A stretch of DNA of 64,000 nucleotides from Verrucomicrobiota bacterium (lineage in GTDB: Bacteria > Verrucomicrobiota > Verrucomicrobiia > JABWAM01). The stretch lies in assembly GCA_023269615.1 (NCBI GenBank), contig JAHFSY010000015.1, positions 1 to 64,000 on the forward strand, read 5' to 3'. Each line of letters begins with the position of its first letter. The stretch's first letter is position 1. Below, piece by piece: positions 19,146 to 29,432 of this stretch. The translations under genes and the position numbers were made by a program. Below the pieces are notes generated by a model that saw only the letters and a list, made by a program, of their open reading frames with translations, was not told where the DNA came from and did no database searches.

Positions 19146-20654
19146 ATGGCAAAACGTGCGATCATCATTGGTGCAGGGCTGGGCGGCATGGCCGCGGCGA
19201 TCCGGCTTGCCCGCGATGGCTGGAGCGTGAAGGTCCTGGAAAAGAATGTACGCGTCGGTGGGAAACTGGACTGCCACAGCGACCACGGGTTTCTCTGGGA
19301 CGCGGGGCCTTCGCTGGTGACGATGCCCTTTGTTCTGCGCGAGCTCTTCGAGTACGCGGGGCACGACGTGGAGGATTACCTGGACCTGATGCCGGTGGAT
19401 CCGATCTGCCGCTATTTTTATCCCGACCGCAAGGTGATCAACGCGTGGGCGAATTTCCATCATTTCCAGATCGAGGTGGCGCGACGCGAGAAGGACCACG
19501 GCGAGGCGCTTGAGGGTTTCCTGCGTTACGCCCGCGGCATCTACGATCTCTCGGCGGAGGCGCATCTCTTTCACCCGCCCACGAATTTCCTCGGATATTT
19601 CACGCCTCGCATTCTCCGTCACCTGCATCATCTGCCGAAGGTGCTGACGACGCGCACGATGGCCCAGGTGGTGGAGAGCCATTTCAAGGACCCCCACATT
19701 CGCCAGCTTTTCATGCGCTACGCCACGTACAACGGCTCGTCGCCCTATCGCATTCCCGCGACGTTCAACATCATTCCCTATGTCGAGATGCAAGGGGGCG
19801 GCTGGTACATCCGCGGCGGGATGTACCGCCTGGCCGAGGCGCTGGAGAAATGCGCGAGGGATCTGGGCGTGGATTTTCTCGTGGACGCCGAGGTCTCGGA
19901 AATCACGCTCAAGGAGCGCGGGCTCTTTCGCAAGCCGCAGGCGACGGGCGTGATCATCCAGGGCGGCGTCTCCATGAGCGCCGAGGTTGTGATCTGCAAC
20001 GCGGATGCGAACCATGTCTGGGCACGGCTCCTGAACACGCGGAAGAAGGCGGGCGTGACGCGCCAGAACGACCGCAAGCCATTTTCGAGCGCGCCCTTCA
20101 TGATGCTTTGGGGCGTGAAAAAGCGTTACGAGCAACTCGCGCATCACAACGTCTTTTTCTCCCCGGATTATCTCGCGGAGTTCGACGATCTTTTCCAGAA
20201 GAAGCGCCCGGCGACGGAGCCCACGGTGTACGTGTGCGTGTCATCGCGCTCCGATGCCACCCAGGCGCCGCAGGGGCAGGACAATTATTTTGTGCTGGTG
20301 AACGCGCCTGCGATCGAGCCCGACCATCATTGGGAGCGCACGCGCGAATCGTATCGCGACACGGTGCTCAACCGCCTGGAGGCGATGGGGCTGGAGGGCT
20401 TGCGGAAGGAGATTGTCTGCGAGAAGATCATCACGCCGGCTGATTTTGCCGCGCGCAACAACGCATACCGCGGGGCGATCTACGGCCACGCCACTCATTC
20501 GTTGTCGGGCGTGGTGAACCGTCCCGCCAATTGTTGCGACTGGGTGAAGGGGCTTTATTTTGTGGGCGGCTCCACGCAGCCGGGCGGCGGCATTCCGCTG
20601 GTGCTTCTTTCCGCCAAGCGCGTGGCCGAGGCCCTGGATGGCGGCGGAGAATGA
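19146..20654 (+). CDS. Phytoene desaturase-family FAD-dependent oxidoreductase (CrtI/CrtD-like)
   Basis: N-terminal dinucleotide-binding motif IIIGAGLGGMAAAIRLARDGWSVKVLEKNVRVGGK. C-terminal GGSTQPGGGIPLVLLSAKRVAEAL typical of the CrtI family. Confidence 0.8.
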   Translation: MAKRAIIIGAGLGGMAAAIRLARDGWSVKVLEKNVRVGGKLDCHSDHGFLWDAGPSLVTMPFVLRELFEYAGHDVEDYLDLMPVDPICRYFYPDRKVINAWANFHHFQIEVARREKDHGEALEGFLRYARGIYDLSAEAHLFHPPTNFLGYFTPRILRHLHHLPKVLTTRTMAQVVESHFKDPHIRQLFMRYATYNGSSPYRIPATFNIIPYVEMQGGGWYIRGGMYRLAEALEKCARDLGVDFLVDAEVSEITLKERGLFRKPQATGVIIQGGVSMSAEVVICNADANHVWARLLNTRKKAGVTRQNDRKPFSSAPFMMLWGVKKRYEQLAHHNVFFSPDYLAEFDDLFQKKRPATEPTVYVCVSSRSDATQAPQGQDNYFVLVNAPAIEPDHHWERTRESYRDTVLNRLEAMGLEGLRKEIVCEKIITPADFAARNNAYRGAIYGHATHSLSGVVNRPANCCDWVKGLYFVGGSTQPGGGIPLVLLSAKRVAEALDGGGE

Positions 20655-20664
20655 CCCCTCTGCC

Positions 20665-21492
20665 ATGGATGCCGAACCCCATCCGCCTTCTGGAACCAGG
20701 CTCGGCAAAGTGGCGTTGGGGATTTGCTCATTTCTTTACCTGGCATGGTACGCGGGCGGATGGGTCATCTTCACCACGGGCTGGTTTTCGACGAACGACA
20801 AGGTCCTCGTCTCAGGCTGGGGCGATTGCGTTTTCCTGTCGCTTGCCGGATTGCTGACGCTGCTCATCGCGCGACGCGATTTTGGCTGGAAGGAACTCGT
20901 TGAGGTCACGGTCTTCGTGCTGCTCGGTTCGGCCGCCGTGGAAATTGTCGGCGTGAAATCCGGTTTCCCGTTTGGCAAGTACATGTACACGGAGAGTCTC
21001 GGCGCACACATCGGCGGCATTCCATGGATCATCCCCGTTTGCTGGTTCATCCTGGTCATCAACGCCTACATCATCTGCTCCGTGCTGGTCGTGCCGCGCG
21101 AGGGGGAGATTTCGCGCGATGCGCTGGTCCTGCTGATCCTCATCACGTCGGTGGTGGTGACGCTCGTGGACTTGAACCTGGAACCCGTGGCGGTGAATGT
21201 GAAGCAGTATTGGTCCTGGATGGACCGCGATCGCGCGTTTTACGGCGTGCCGCGGATCAACTTCTTCGGCTGGTTCAGCGTCTCGCTGATCCTCGTGAGC
21301 GCGTTGTGCCACATGCTGGACCCGAGGCGATGGAAACTCTCCACGGCATGGGGAAGCCTTTGTCTGCTTGGCAGCATCCAGCTCTTTTTTGCCGTCATGA
21401 ACTGGCAGGCCCACCAGTATGCCCCGGTGCTCATCTCCCTCAACCTCATCGGCATCCTTGCAATCGGGCTGGCGTACCTCTCCGGAAAATAA
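20665..21492 (+). CDS. DUF422-type carotenoid-associated integral membrane protein
   Basis: Polytopic membrane protein immediately downstream of the crtI-like gene; the ATG overlaps its TGA stop. Family assignment is from context and length. Confidence 0.5.
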   Translation: MDAEPHPPSGTRLGKVALGICSFLYLAWYAGGWVIFTTGWFSTNDKVLVSGWGDCVFLSLAGLLTLLIARRDFGWKELVEVTVFVLLGSAAVEIVGVKSGFPFGKYMYTESLGAHIGGIPWIIPVCWFILVINAYIICSVLVVPREGEISRDALVLLILITSVVVTLVDLNLEPVAVNVKQYWSWMDRDRAFYGVPRINFFGWFSVSLILVSALCHMLDPRRWKLSTAWGSLCLLGSIQLFFAVMNWQAHQYAPVLISLNLIGILAIGLAYLSGK

Positions 21493-21498
21493 ATTTCT

Positions 21499-21604
21499 CG
21501 TGGTAGGGCGTGCTCGCCGAGCGCGCCGAAGAGGTGATCCGTGGAAAGTGAATGTGAGATCTCGAGGGAAAACGATGGCGCGCTCGGCGAGCACGCCCTA
21601 CCAC
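21499..21604. repeat. REP-like element, family B: 29-bp perfect inverted repeat with a 48-bp spacer between convergent genes
   Basis: cgtggtagggcgtgctcgccgagcgcgcc ... ggcgcgctcggcgagcacgccctaccacg. Related copies at 26548-26634, 28203-28243 (half), 50172-50197 (half) and 51657-51741. It probably also acts as a bidirectional terminator. Confidence 0.7.
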
Positions 21605-21612
21605 GGACACAA

Positions 21613-22365
21613 TCAGTCGTCGATACGGTGCTTCGGTTGAAAGCCCAGGATTTTCCGCGCGCGGCGGATGGACGTCACGCGGCCGGGACTGTCCGCCGCG
21701 ACATGGATCAATTCAAAACCGCGATGATGGATGCGCAAAGCCCGGTGAATCGAACGCGCCACGTCGTCCACATGCGTCGCCATGGCCCGGCCGCGTTTCT
21801 GGAAGGGAGTCTTCGGATGGTAACGCCGTATTTCCTCCCACTCCTCGGGGTTTCGCACATAACAAAGGCGGAGAACGATCACGCTCAAATCATGAACCCT
21901 CGCGGCATAGCGGCACGCCTCCTCACCCAGGAGCTTGGTGAAACCATAATGTTCGCAGGGATGGGGAATGCTCCGCTCATTCCAAAACTTCCTCCGCACC
22001 AGATGATCGGTCCGTCCGAAGACGGAGAGCGAACTGGTGAAAATGAAACGCTTCACCTTCGCCTCCGCGGCCTCCCACAAGAGAAGATGCGTCGCCTTGA
22101 GGTTCACGTCATGGCTCCGGGCGATGTTCATGCCTTCATCCTTCGAGAGCCAGCCATACGCAAGGTGCACCACCGCATCGATGCCTTTCATGATTTTTCG
22201 AACGGTCGCCGGATCGGTGATGTCCGCAACCAGGCTCTCTCCTTTCTTCGCTTTGATCGGACGCACATCCACCAGCCGCAACCGGTGTCCCGCCGCCGCC
22301 AATTCCTTTCGCAAAGCGATGCCGACACGGCCGGCCGCGCCGGTGACAAGGATTTTCATGGCCAT
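21613..22365 (-). CDS. NAD-dependent epimerase/dehydratase (extended SDR)
   Basis: MKILVTGAAGRVG Rossmann motif. Catalytic region YGFTKLLGE. Confidence 0.8.
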   Translation of the reverse strand: MAMKILVTGAAGRVGIALRKELAAAGHRLRLVDVRPIKAKKGESLVADITDPATVRKIMKGIDAVVHLAYGWLSKDEGMNIARSHDVNLKATHLLLWEAAEAKVKRFIFTSSLSVFGRTDHLVRRKFWNERSIPHPCEHYGFTKLLGEEACRYAARVHDLSVIVLRLCYVRNPEEWEEIRRYHPKTPFQKRGRAMATHVDDVARSIHRALRIHHRGFELIHVAADSPGRVTSIRRARKILGFQPKHRIDD

Positions 22366-22497
22366 GCTGTTAAACGGTGCAAGGCCGGCTGTCAATGATC
22401 GCTGGATTGACAAATGTACCGGTTCAACCTATCAGAGACCCAAGTCGCCCCCCGCATCCCATTTCGCGCGGCAAAAAAATGAGGGACGATTCTTTTC

Positions 22498-25400
22498 ATG
22501 AATAGAGCCTTTCTTTTTCTTCTATTCCTCGCGGTTTCGACTGTCCACGCGCAGCAGCGGATTCCGGATCCCTTGAAAACGTGGGAAGACTGGGCCACGT
22601 GGGATGACCCGCATCGTCATTGTCCCTCCGCCTTCAACTCGGCGGACAAACTTTTCCATTACTGTCCTTCCGAACTGTCGTTGCAGGCAGGCGCGCAAGG
22701 CGGCCGTTTTTCAATCGAGACGACGGTGTTCGAGACGGCGTGGTTTGTCCTGCCGGGGGATTCCGACCTCTGGCCGCTGAACGTGCAGGACAGCGGCAAG
22801 CCGGTCGCCGTGGTGGAGCGGGGCGGGCGCCCGGCGGTGCGATTGTCAGCGGGAGTTCATCTCATCGCGGGGGATTACCGATGGGCGGAGTTGCCGCAGA
22901 AAATCCGGATTCCTCTCGAATACGGAATTCTCTCGCTCTCGGTGGAAGGCAGGCCGTCGCCGTTTCCCAATTGGGACACGGAGGGCTTCCTCTGGCTGAA
23001 GCAGACGCGGACCGATGCCGGTGACAAGGATTTTCTCGACGTCCAGGTTTACCGCCTGATCGAGGACGGCATCCCGATGTGGCTGCACACGATTTTGGAG
23101 CTGAGCGTTTCGGGGAAGAGCCGGGAAGTTGAACTGGGCAACATCCTGCCGGAAGGCTGGAGCATCTCCTCCGTGGAAAGCCCGATTCCCGTGGCCGTGG
23201 ACGACGACGGAAAGGCCAGGGCCCAGGTTCGAGCAGGCAAATGGCAGATCCACATGCGGGCGTTCCGGACCACGCATTCCGAGGATTTCAAAATGAAGGA
23301 TGGCGCCCCCTCCATCGTGGAAAAGGAGCTGGTCGGCTTCAAGGCCGATCCCGAACTGCGCATGCTCGACGTCCGCAATGCGACGCCGGTGGACGCGACC
23401 CAGACGACGTTTCCTGAAATGTGGCGCGCCTGGCCCGTTTACCAGTGGAACACGAAGGCCGCGCTGACGCTCGTGGAAAAGATGCGGGGCTCGGGGCTGC
23501 AATCGCCCAAAAGCATGTCGGGCGCGCGCGAGCTGTGGTTGAATGAGACCGGCCGCGGTTACACGTACCAGGATCACCTGGCCGGACAGATGCAAAGCAT
23601 CTGGCGCCTCGACGTCGCCCCGTCGCTCCAGCTCGGGAGCGTGAAGGTCAATGGCGAGGGGCAGTTGATCACGCGCGACCCAAAGACCAGGGCCGCGGGC
23701 GTGGAAATTCGTTCGCGCAACATCCGCTTGGACGCCGTGGGGACGTCGGCGACAATGCGGGCGATTCCCGCGACGGGCTGGGATGCGGGATTGGATTCAC
23801 TGACATTGACCCTGAACCTTCCGCCGGGCTGGCGGCTGTTCGCCTTGTTTGGGGCTGACACGGTGGAAGGCGACTGGCTCACATCGTGGACGTTGCTGGA
23901 TCTTTTCCTGTTATTGATTTTCAGCCTGGCGATTTATCGGATCTGGGGAATCGGGCCCGGAGTGATTGCGTTCCTGGCGTTCGGTTTGACCTATCACGAA
24001 CCGGAGAGTCCCCGCTACGCGTGGTTTGTTCTGCTGATGCCCCTGGCCTTGTTGAAAGTGATTCCCGAAGGCAAGATGCGAAAAGTGATCAGCGTGTGGA
24101 AATACGCGGCGTTCGTCTATTTATTGCTGGTGCTGGTTCCCTTCACCTACCGCCAGGTGCAGTCGGTGATTTATCCGCAGCTGGAACTGGAACGCGGAGG
24201 CAGAGTGGTGACCAGCCTTGGTCAGCGCGATGGGTTTAATGCTTCACCGCAACCGGGAGCGGCTACTGCGGCTTCAGCGCCCGATCAGCAAGATGATGAG
24301 GGGAGCATGCAAAGGCAAAGTAGTGGTGAGAGCTATGGTCGTGGTAGTGGTTTCCTCGGCATCAACATGTCTGGCAAAGGTGGAAAACCGAGAATGCAAT
24401 CGAACATGAGATACGAGGCCAAGGCGCGGATCCAGACCGGGCCCGGCGTGCCGGAGTGGCATTGGCGCTACGCCGTCTGCCGCTGGCATAGTCCTGTATC
24501 ATCGAGCCAGAACATCACCCCGATCCTGATTCCACCGCTGGTGAGAAGGATTCTTACCCTTGCTGGATTGGCGCTGGTTTTCTGGTTGATCGCGAAGCTT
24601 TTGGAAATCAAGCGCGCTTCCATTCCGTGGAACCGGGGACGCAGCAGCGCGGCTCTCATGATCGGCCTTTGCTTCTTCCTCGGCGGCAGCCGTGCTTCCG
24701 CGCAGGAGATTCCGGACAAGGAAACTTTGGAGACCTTGAAACTCCGTCTTCTCAAGCCGTCCGACAGCTATCCCCACGGCGCCGAGATTCCATCGGTCAA
24801 CCTGCAAATCCGCGAGGACCGGATCTCGTTCGAGGCGCAGATTGACGCTGCCATCCAGGTGGTCGTGCCGCTTCCCGGAAAATTGCCCGCCTGGTCGCCG
24901 GTCCGCGTGCAGCTCGACGGAAAACCCAACGCGGCCGTGCGGCGCGAGGATGGTTATTTGTGGGTGGTTGTTCCCGAAGGCGTGCATCACGTGAAAGTCG
25001 AGGGCATGCTGCCCGGCACGAGCGAGTGGGAATGGAGCTTTCTCCTGAAGCCGCGAACCGTCCGCCTCGATGCGCCGGGCTGGAATGTCACCGGGCTGAA
25101 ACCTGACGGGACACCCGAGTCGCAGATTTTTTTCGCGCGGAAACAGACGGGCGGCGAAAAGAGGGATGCCACGTACGACCGCCGTGAGTTTCACACGCTC
25201 GCGGTCGTGGACCGCGTTCTGGAAATCGGACTGACCTGGCAGATTCATAACACGGTGACGCGGCTCTCGGCGCCCGGCAAAGCCATCTCGTTGAAGATCC
25301 CGCTGCTGGATGGCGAGCAGGTCCTTTCTTCAGGCGTCACTCCCACCGAAAGAAACGTGGAGGTGAGCCTGGCCTCCAATCAGGCATCGTTCAGTTGGGA

Positions 25401-26547
25401 CAGCGAATTGCCGATTGTTCCGGAGATCAAGCTCACCACGTCGAAGGCGGATCGCTGGGTGGAACGATGGCACTTGATCTCATCCCCCGTCTGGAACATC
25501 AGCCTCGCCGGCTTGAGTCCCGTGATGGAGGCGCAGGATGACCGACTCGTGCCCGTCTGGCATCCATGGCCTGGCGAGTCGGTCACGCTGGGCATCACGC
25601 GCCCCGAAGCGGTCAACGGCCCCACGATGACGATCCATCGAGTTCATCACGAGGTGGAGCTTGGCCAACGAAACCGGAATACTTCATTGAGACTCACGCT
25701 CCAGTGCAGCGTGAGCGATGACTTGGTGGTGGGCATCGATCCATCAGCCGAAATCACGTCCGTGAAGCGGGGTGAAACCAAGATCCCGGTTCGCCGCGAG
25801 GGTGGAAAACTGGTGGTGCCGGTGCAGCCCGGGATGCAGGACATTGTCATTGACTGGAAGGAGACGACCCCATTGGGCTTTCATACTTCCCTGGGACGGC
25901 TGGAGTTGCCGGTGGAAAGCTCGAACATCACGACAATTTTACGGCCGCCCGCGAACCGCTGGATCTTGTGGGCGCATGGCCCACTCCAGGGACCTGCGGT
26001 GCGATTCTGGAGCGTGCTGGTGTGCGGATTGATCGCCGCGTGGGTGTTGGGCGGATTGCCGCTGTCGCCGCTGAGCCGAAAGCAATGGACACTGCTGATG
26101 GTGGGCCTGACCCAGATCACCTTGTTCAGCGCGCTGATCGTGGTCGGGTGGCTCTTTCTCCTGGCATACCGTGGCACGGAAGCCGCCTCCCGGGTCACGC
26201 GCTTCCGGTTTAATGTGAGGCAAATCCTGATTGTTGTGGCCACCGTCATCTCGCTGGGCATTTTTCTCGAGGTGGTTCGCGCGGGGTTGTTGGGAAATCC
26301 CAGGATGTTCATCCTGGGCAATGGTTCCAATCCGCACTCACTTGACTGGTTTGCGCCGCAATCCTCCACACAGCTTCCCCGTCCGGGAATGATTTCGGTG
26401 TCCGTCTGGTTCTACCGGTTTCTCATGCTGCTGTGGGCGCTGTGGCTGGCACACTCGCTCATCCGCTGGCTGGCGTGGGGGTGGAAACAGTTCAATGCGA
26501 ATGGTGAGTGGTATCGCTTGCTCAAGCCTCCTCCCATACCTTCTTAG
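22498..26547 (+). CDS. Large (1349 aa) signal-peptide-bearing polytopic membrane protein of unknown function
   Basis: Cleavable signal (MNRAFLFLLFLAVSTVHAQQ). Two large extracytoplasmic regions, each followed by a cluster of TM helices, and a low-complexity Gly/Ser/Gln linker around residues 590-640. No recognisable catalytic motif. Confidence 0.55.
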   Translation: MNRAFLFLLFLAVSTVHAQQRIPDPLKTWEDWATWDDPHRHCPSAFNSADKLFHYCPSELSLQAGAQGGRFSIETTVFETAWFVLPGDSDLWPLNVQDSGKPVAVVERGGRPAVRLSAGVHLIAGDYRWAELPQKIRIPLEYGILSLSVEGRPSPFPNWDTEGFLWLKQTRTDAGDKDFLDVQVYRLIEDGIPMWLHTILELSVSGKSREVELGNILPEGWSISSVESPIPVAVDDDGKARAQVRAGKWQIHMRAFRTTHSEDFKMKDGAPSIVEKELVGFKADPELRMLDVRNATPVDATQTTFPEMWRAWPVYQWNTKAALTLVEKMRGSGLQSPKSMSGARELWLNETGRGYTYQDHLAGQMQSIWRLDVAPSLQLGSVKVNGEGQLITRDPKTRAAGVEIRSRNIRLDAVGTSATMRAIPATGWDAGLDSLTLTLNLPPGWRLFALFGADTVEGDWLTSWTLLDLFLLLIFSLAIYRIWGIGPGVIAFLAFGLTYHEPESPRYAWFVLLMPLALLKVIPEGKMRKVISVWKYAAFVYLLLVLVPFTYRQVQSVIYPQLELERGGRVVTSLGQRDGFNASPQPGAATAASAPDQQDDEGSMQRQSSGESYGRGSGFLGINMSGKGGKPRMQSNMRYEAKARIQTGPGVPEWHWRYAVCRWHSPVSSSQNITPILIPPLVRRILTLAGLALVFWLIAKLLEIKRASIPWNRGRSSAALMIGLCFFLGGSRASAQEIPDKETLETLKLRLLKPSDSYPHGAEIPSVNLQIREDRISFEAQIDAAIQVVVPLPGKLPAWSPVRVQLDGKPNAAVRREDGYLWVVVPEGVHHVKVEGMLPGTSEWEWSFLLKPRTVRLDAPGWNVTGLKPDGTPESQIFFARKQTGGEKRDATYDRREFHTLAVVDRVLEIGLTWQIHNTVTRLSAPGKAISLKIPLLDGEQVLSSGVTPTERNVEVSLASNQASFSWDSELPIVPEIKLTTSKADRWVERWHLISSPVWNISLAGLSPVMEAQDDRLVPVWHPWPGESVTLGITRPEAVNGPTMTIHRVHHEVELGQRNRNTSLRLTLQCSVSDDLVVGIDPSAEITSVKRGETKIPVRREGGKLVVPVQPGMQDIVIDWKETTPLGFHTSLGRLELPVESSNITTILRPPANRWILWAHGPLQGPAVRFWSVLVCGLIAAWVLGGLPLSPLSRKQWTLLMVGLTQITLFSALIVVGWLFLLAYRGTEAASRVTRFRFNVRQILIVVATVISLGIFLEVVRAGLLGNPRMFILGNGSNPHSLDWFAPQSSTQLPRPGMISVSVWFYRFLMLLWALWLAHSLIRWLAWGWKQFNANGEWYRLLKPPPIPS

Positions 26548-26634
26548 CGTGTCCGGAAAATAGCACATCGAGGTAGGGACGGACCGCCGGGCCGTCCGCT
26601 GCGCAACGGCGCGCCCGGCGGTCACGCCCTACCA
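26548..26634. repeat. REP-like element, family B variant
   Basis: cgtgtccggaaaatagcacatcgaggtagggacggaccgccgggccgtccgct...ggcgcgcccggcggtcacgccctacc. Nearly identical to 51657-51741. Confidence 0.7.
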
Positions 26635-26699
26635 CCGGAGGGGCAACTTGTTTTACGGACACGCTCCTGCTTCTCACTTGTAAATCATCGGTTTTTGCG

Positions 26700-28199
26700 T
26701 TGTCTCTTCACCCACCCATGAGCGCATCCACTCCCAAGCCCATCGTCCGCGTCCCCTCGCTCAAAACGGTCGCCGATTTCCGCAAACACATCTCCTCGCT
26801 CGGCGTCACGCTCGATTGTGATGACGCCATCCAGACTGCAAAGGATTCGCCGCTTTCGAAACCTCTCGAGGTGTTGGGACGCAAGGTGGGCAACCGCTGG
26901 GCCATTCATCCAATGGAGGGATGGGATGCAGGCACGGACGGGCACATCAACGAGCTGGTGATCCGCCGCTGGCAACGCTTCGGCCAGAGCGGCGCCAAGA
27001 TCATCTGGGGTGGCGAGGCGATGGCCATCCGCGAGGACGGGCGCGCCAATCCCAACCAGCTCATCATTGACGAAAATCACAAGTCTGGCCTGGCAAAGCT
27101 TCGCGAGACGCTCGTGAAGGCACATCGCGAGCTTCATGGCAGCACGGACGATCTGCTCGTCGGCTTTCAACTCACGCACTCAGGACGCTTCTGCCGTCCG
27201 CGCGACAAAAAGCAGCTTGAGCCGCGCATCGCGTTCCGTCACCCGATCCTCGACAGAAAATTCGGCATCGTGAGCCACTACACGGCGATGTCGGATCAAG
27301 AGGTGGAAGAGCTGATCGAGCGTTACATCGAGGCGGCGAAGGTGGCCGCGGACGTCGGCACGGACTTCGTGGACATCAAGCATTGCCACGGCTATCTGCT
27401 GCACGAATTTCTCGGCGCACACACGCGTCCCGGAAAATTCGGAGGCTCGTTCGAAAACCGCACACGCATCATCCGCGAAGTGGTGAAAGGCATCCGGGCG
27501 GCGCGCCCGAGGCTGATGATCGGCGTGCGCCTGAGCGCATTCGATTTCGTCCCCTTCAAGCCCGATCCCGCGCTCAGCGTGCCGGGCAAGCTGGGACCCG
27601 GCATCCCGGAAGATTATTCCCAATGCCTGCCCTACCGCTACGCGTTCGGCGTGAACCCGGAAAATCCCGTGACCTACGACCTCACGGAAACGATCCAGTT
27701 TTTGAAACTGCTGGAGTCGCTCGACGTGCGGCTGGTCAATCTCACCGCGGGAAGCCCGTATTACAATCCGCACATCCAGCGTCCCGCAATCTATCCACCG
27801 AGCGACGGCTATCAGCCGCCCGAGGACCCGCTCGCCGGCGTGGCGCGCCAGGTGGGCGTGGTGGCGCAGATCAAAAAACATTTCCCAAGCATGGTGATCG
27901 TGGGCTCGGGTTATTCCTACCTGCAGGAGTACCTCCCGCACGTGGCCCAGCACAACGTGCGAAAAGGAATGGTGGACGTGATCGGCCTCGGCCGCGTCGT
28001 GTTGTCCTATCCCGAAATGCCCGCCGACATCCTGGCCAAGGGCGCGCTGACCCCCCGCCTCATCTGCCGCACCTTCAGCGATTGCACCACAGCCCCACGC
28101 AACGGATTGATTTCCGGCTGTTTCCCCCTCGACGATTTTTACAAGTCCCGGCCCGAGGCAAAGCAGTTGAAGGAGATCAAGAAAAACGTGGGTGGGTGA
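26700..28199 (+). CDS. Old Yellow Enzyme-family NADH:flavin oxidoreductase
   Basis: IKHCHGYLLHEFLGAHTRPGKFGGSFENRTRIIREVV matches the OYE HxAHGYLLxxFLSxxxNxRxDxYGGSxENRxR signature. Confidence 0.75.
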   Translation: MSLHPPMSASTPKPIVRVPSLKTVADFRKHISSLGVTLDCDDAIQTAKDSPLSKPLEVLGRKVGNRWAIHPMEGWDAGTDGHINELVIRRWQRFGQSGAKIIWGGEAMAIREDGRANPNQLIIDENHKSGLAKLRETLVKAHRELHGSTDDLLVGFQLTHSGRFCRPRDKKQLEPRIAFRHPILDRKFGIVSHYTAMSDQEVEELIERYIEAAKVAADVGTDFVDIKHCHGYLLHEFLGAHTRPGKFGGSFENRTRIIREVVKGIRAARPRLMIGVRLSAFDFVPFKPDPALSVPGKLGPGIPEDYSQCLPYRYAFGVNPENPVTYDLTETIQFLKLLESLDVRLVNLTAGSPYYNPHIQRPAIYPPSDGYQPPEDPLAGVARQVGVVAQIKKHFPSMVIVGSGYSYLQEYLPHVAQHNVRKGMVDVIGLGRVVLSYPEMPADILAKGALTPRLICRTFSDCTTAPRNGLISGCFPLDDFYKSRPEAKQLKEIKKNVGG

Positions 28200-28273
28200 G
28201 GGGTGTCCGTATTTCGAGGTAGGGCGCGATCGCCGAGCGCGCCGCATCGGTTGTTCCCGGATGTAACCCAGAG

Positions 28274-28437
28274 CTTACGCATTTGGGTTTGGCAATCATA
28301 TCGGCCCGTCATTCTTGTGCTTCTTGCGCCTCTTCGCGGCCATATTCCCACTCACCGAACGCAGAAATTGGCGGCAAAGAGGCACAAAAGGCACAAGGCG
28401 GCCAACAGCAGCTCCATAACCTCTCCAAATGCATAAA
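28274..28437. mobile_element. MITE-like element, family C, copy 3
   Basis: cttacgcatttggg ... tccaaatgcataaaccct TIRs with the same palindromic core. It is inserted next to a family-B REP half-site. Confidence 0.6.
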
Positions 28438-28627
28438 CCCTCCTGGGATGTGACCTTGCTCGTGCCCTCAAAATACCCTACATTGTCATCAGAATGATTC
28501 ACATCCTCGACGAAGAACCCGCAGCTGAAGTTCACCAAGCCGCCATCCTCAGCGAAGGATCGCTGGCCCAGGATTGGAACCGTCCAGAGGAGGATGCCGC
28601 GTGGTCACACCTTCAGCCGTCTCGGTA

Positions 28628-29398
28628 ATGACGACCTTGATCTTTCGTAATCGACATCTAAAGGTTGCTCTCGTCTCGCTCGGTTTTGCTTTCGTTGTTT
28701 TCAGCGCGATGCTCCCGATTCAGACCATCACGCTGGAGCCTGATCCATCGGGTCCAAGCGAGCATTCTTTCCGCATCATTCTTCCATGGCAAGATCAGCA
28801 GCCAACCATAAGACGAGATGGCTTTTATTCCTGTCACGAATCCAGATGCTGGGGGCTCGTGCCAATCGCATGGGCGGGAGGAGGTGGTCCCAGCCCACTC
28901 TCCGTTGAAATCGTTTCCTCCAATACAACCAATGCTCCCGTGATCAGCGTCACATCGGAGCCGACAATGATCATCGTTCCTCACCCTGCCGGTGAAAAGA
29001 ACTTTATCCCAGGCATCGAGATCTTTGCCAATGGACGGGTTGATATCCGACGTGACGATGGCACTCACACGATTACGAATATTGGGTCCGCCAAGGTAAA
29101 TGCTTTTGTTAAAAAACTTGATCAAGCAGGCATCTACAAGCTTCTCCCGCGCATCAGTGTCAGGCCGGGATATCCTTGGCCCTCGGATGCTGATCGAACC
29201 AAGCTTCATCTCACCCAAGGGACGAAACGGTATTCGATAAGTTTTTGTGATAGGAGAGATGAGAAGCATGATTCTCCAGAGACTGAGCTTGTGACCTCGA
29301 GCTTCTATGAGGTTTACAAGTTTCTAGGCGAAAGAAAATATGGCTACTGGATGGACAGCGTGACGGCGGATGAGAAAAAGCAGCCGCATAAACCATGA
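28628..29398 (+). CDS. Hypothetical exported protein (lower GC)
   Basis: N-terminal hydrophobic segment LKVALVSLGFAFVVFSAML. No recognisable domain. Confidence 0.4.
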   Translation: MTTLIFRNRHLKVALVSLGFAFVVFSAMLPIQTITLEPDPSGPSEHSFRIILPWQDQQPTIRRDGFYSCHESRCWGLVPIAWAGGGGPSPLSVEIVSSNTTNAPVISVTSEPTMIIVPHPAGEKNFIPGIEIFANGRVDIRRDDGTHTITNIGSAKVNAFVKKLDQAGIYKLLPRISVRPGYPWPSDADRTKLHLTQGTKRYSISFCDRRDEKHDSPETELVTSSFYEVYKFLGERKYGYWMDSVTADEKKQPHKP

Positions 29399-29432
29399 CG
29401 CAGGCTGCCGTAGGGTTGTCGGTGTTCTGAAA

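Noticed and set aside
24265-24420. Local GC dip inside the 1349-aa protein gene, considered as a possible insertion
   Set aside because: It encodes an in-frame Gly/Ser/Gln-rich low-complexity linker. No repeat termini or frame disruption are present.
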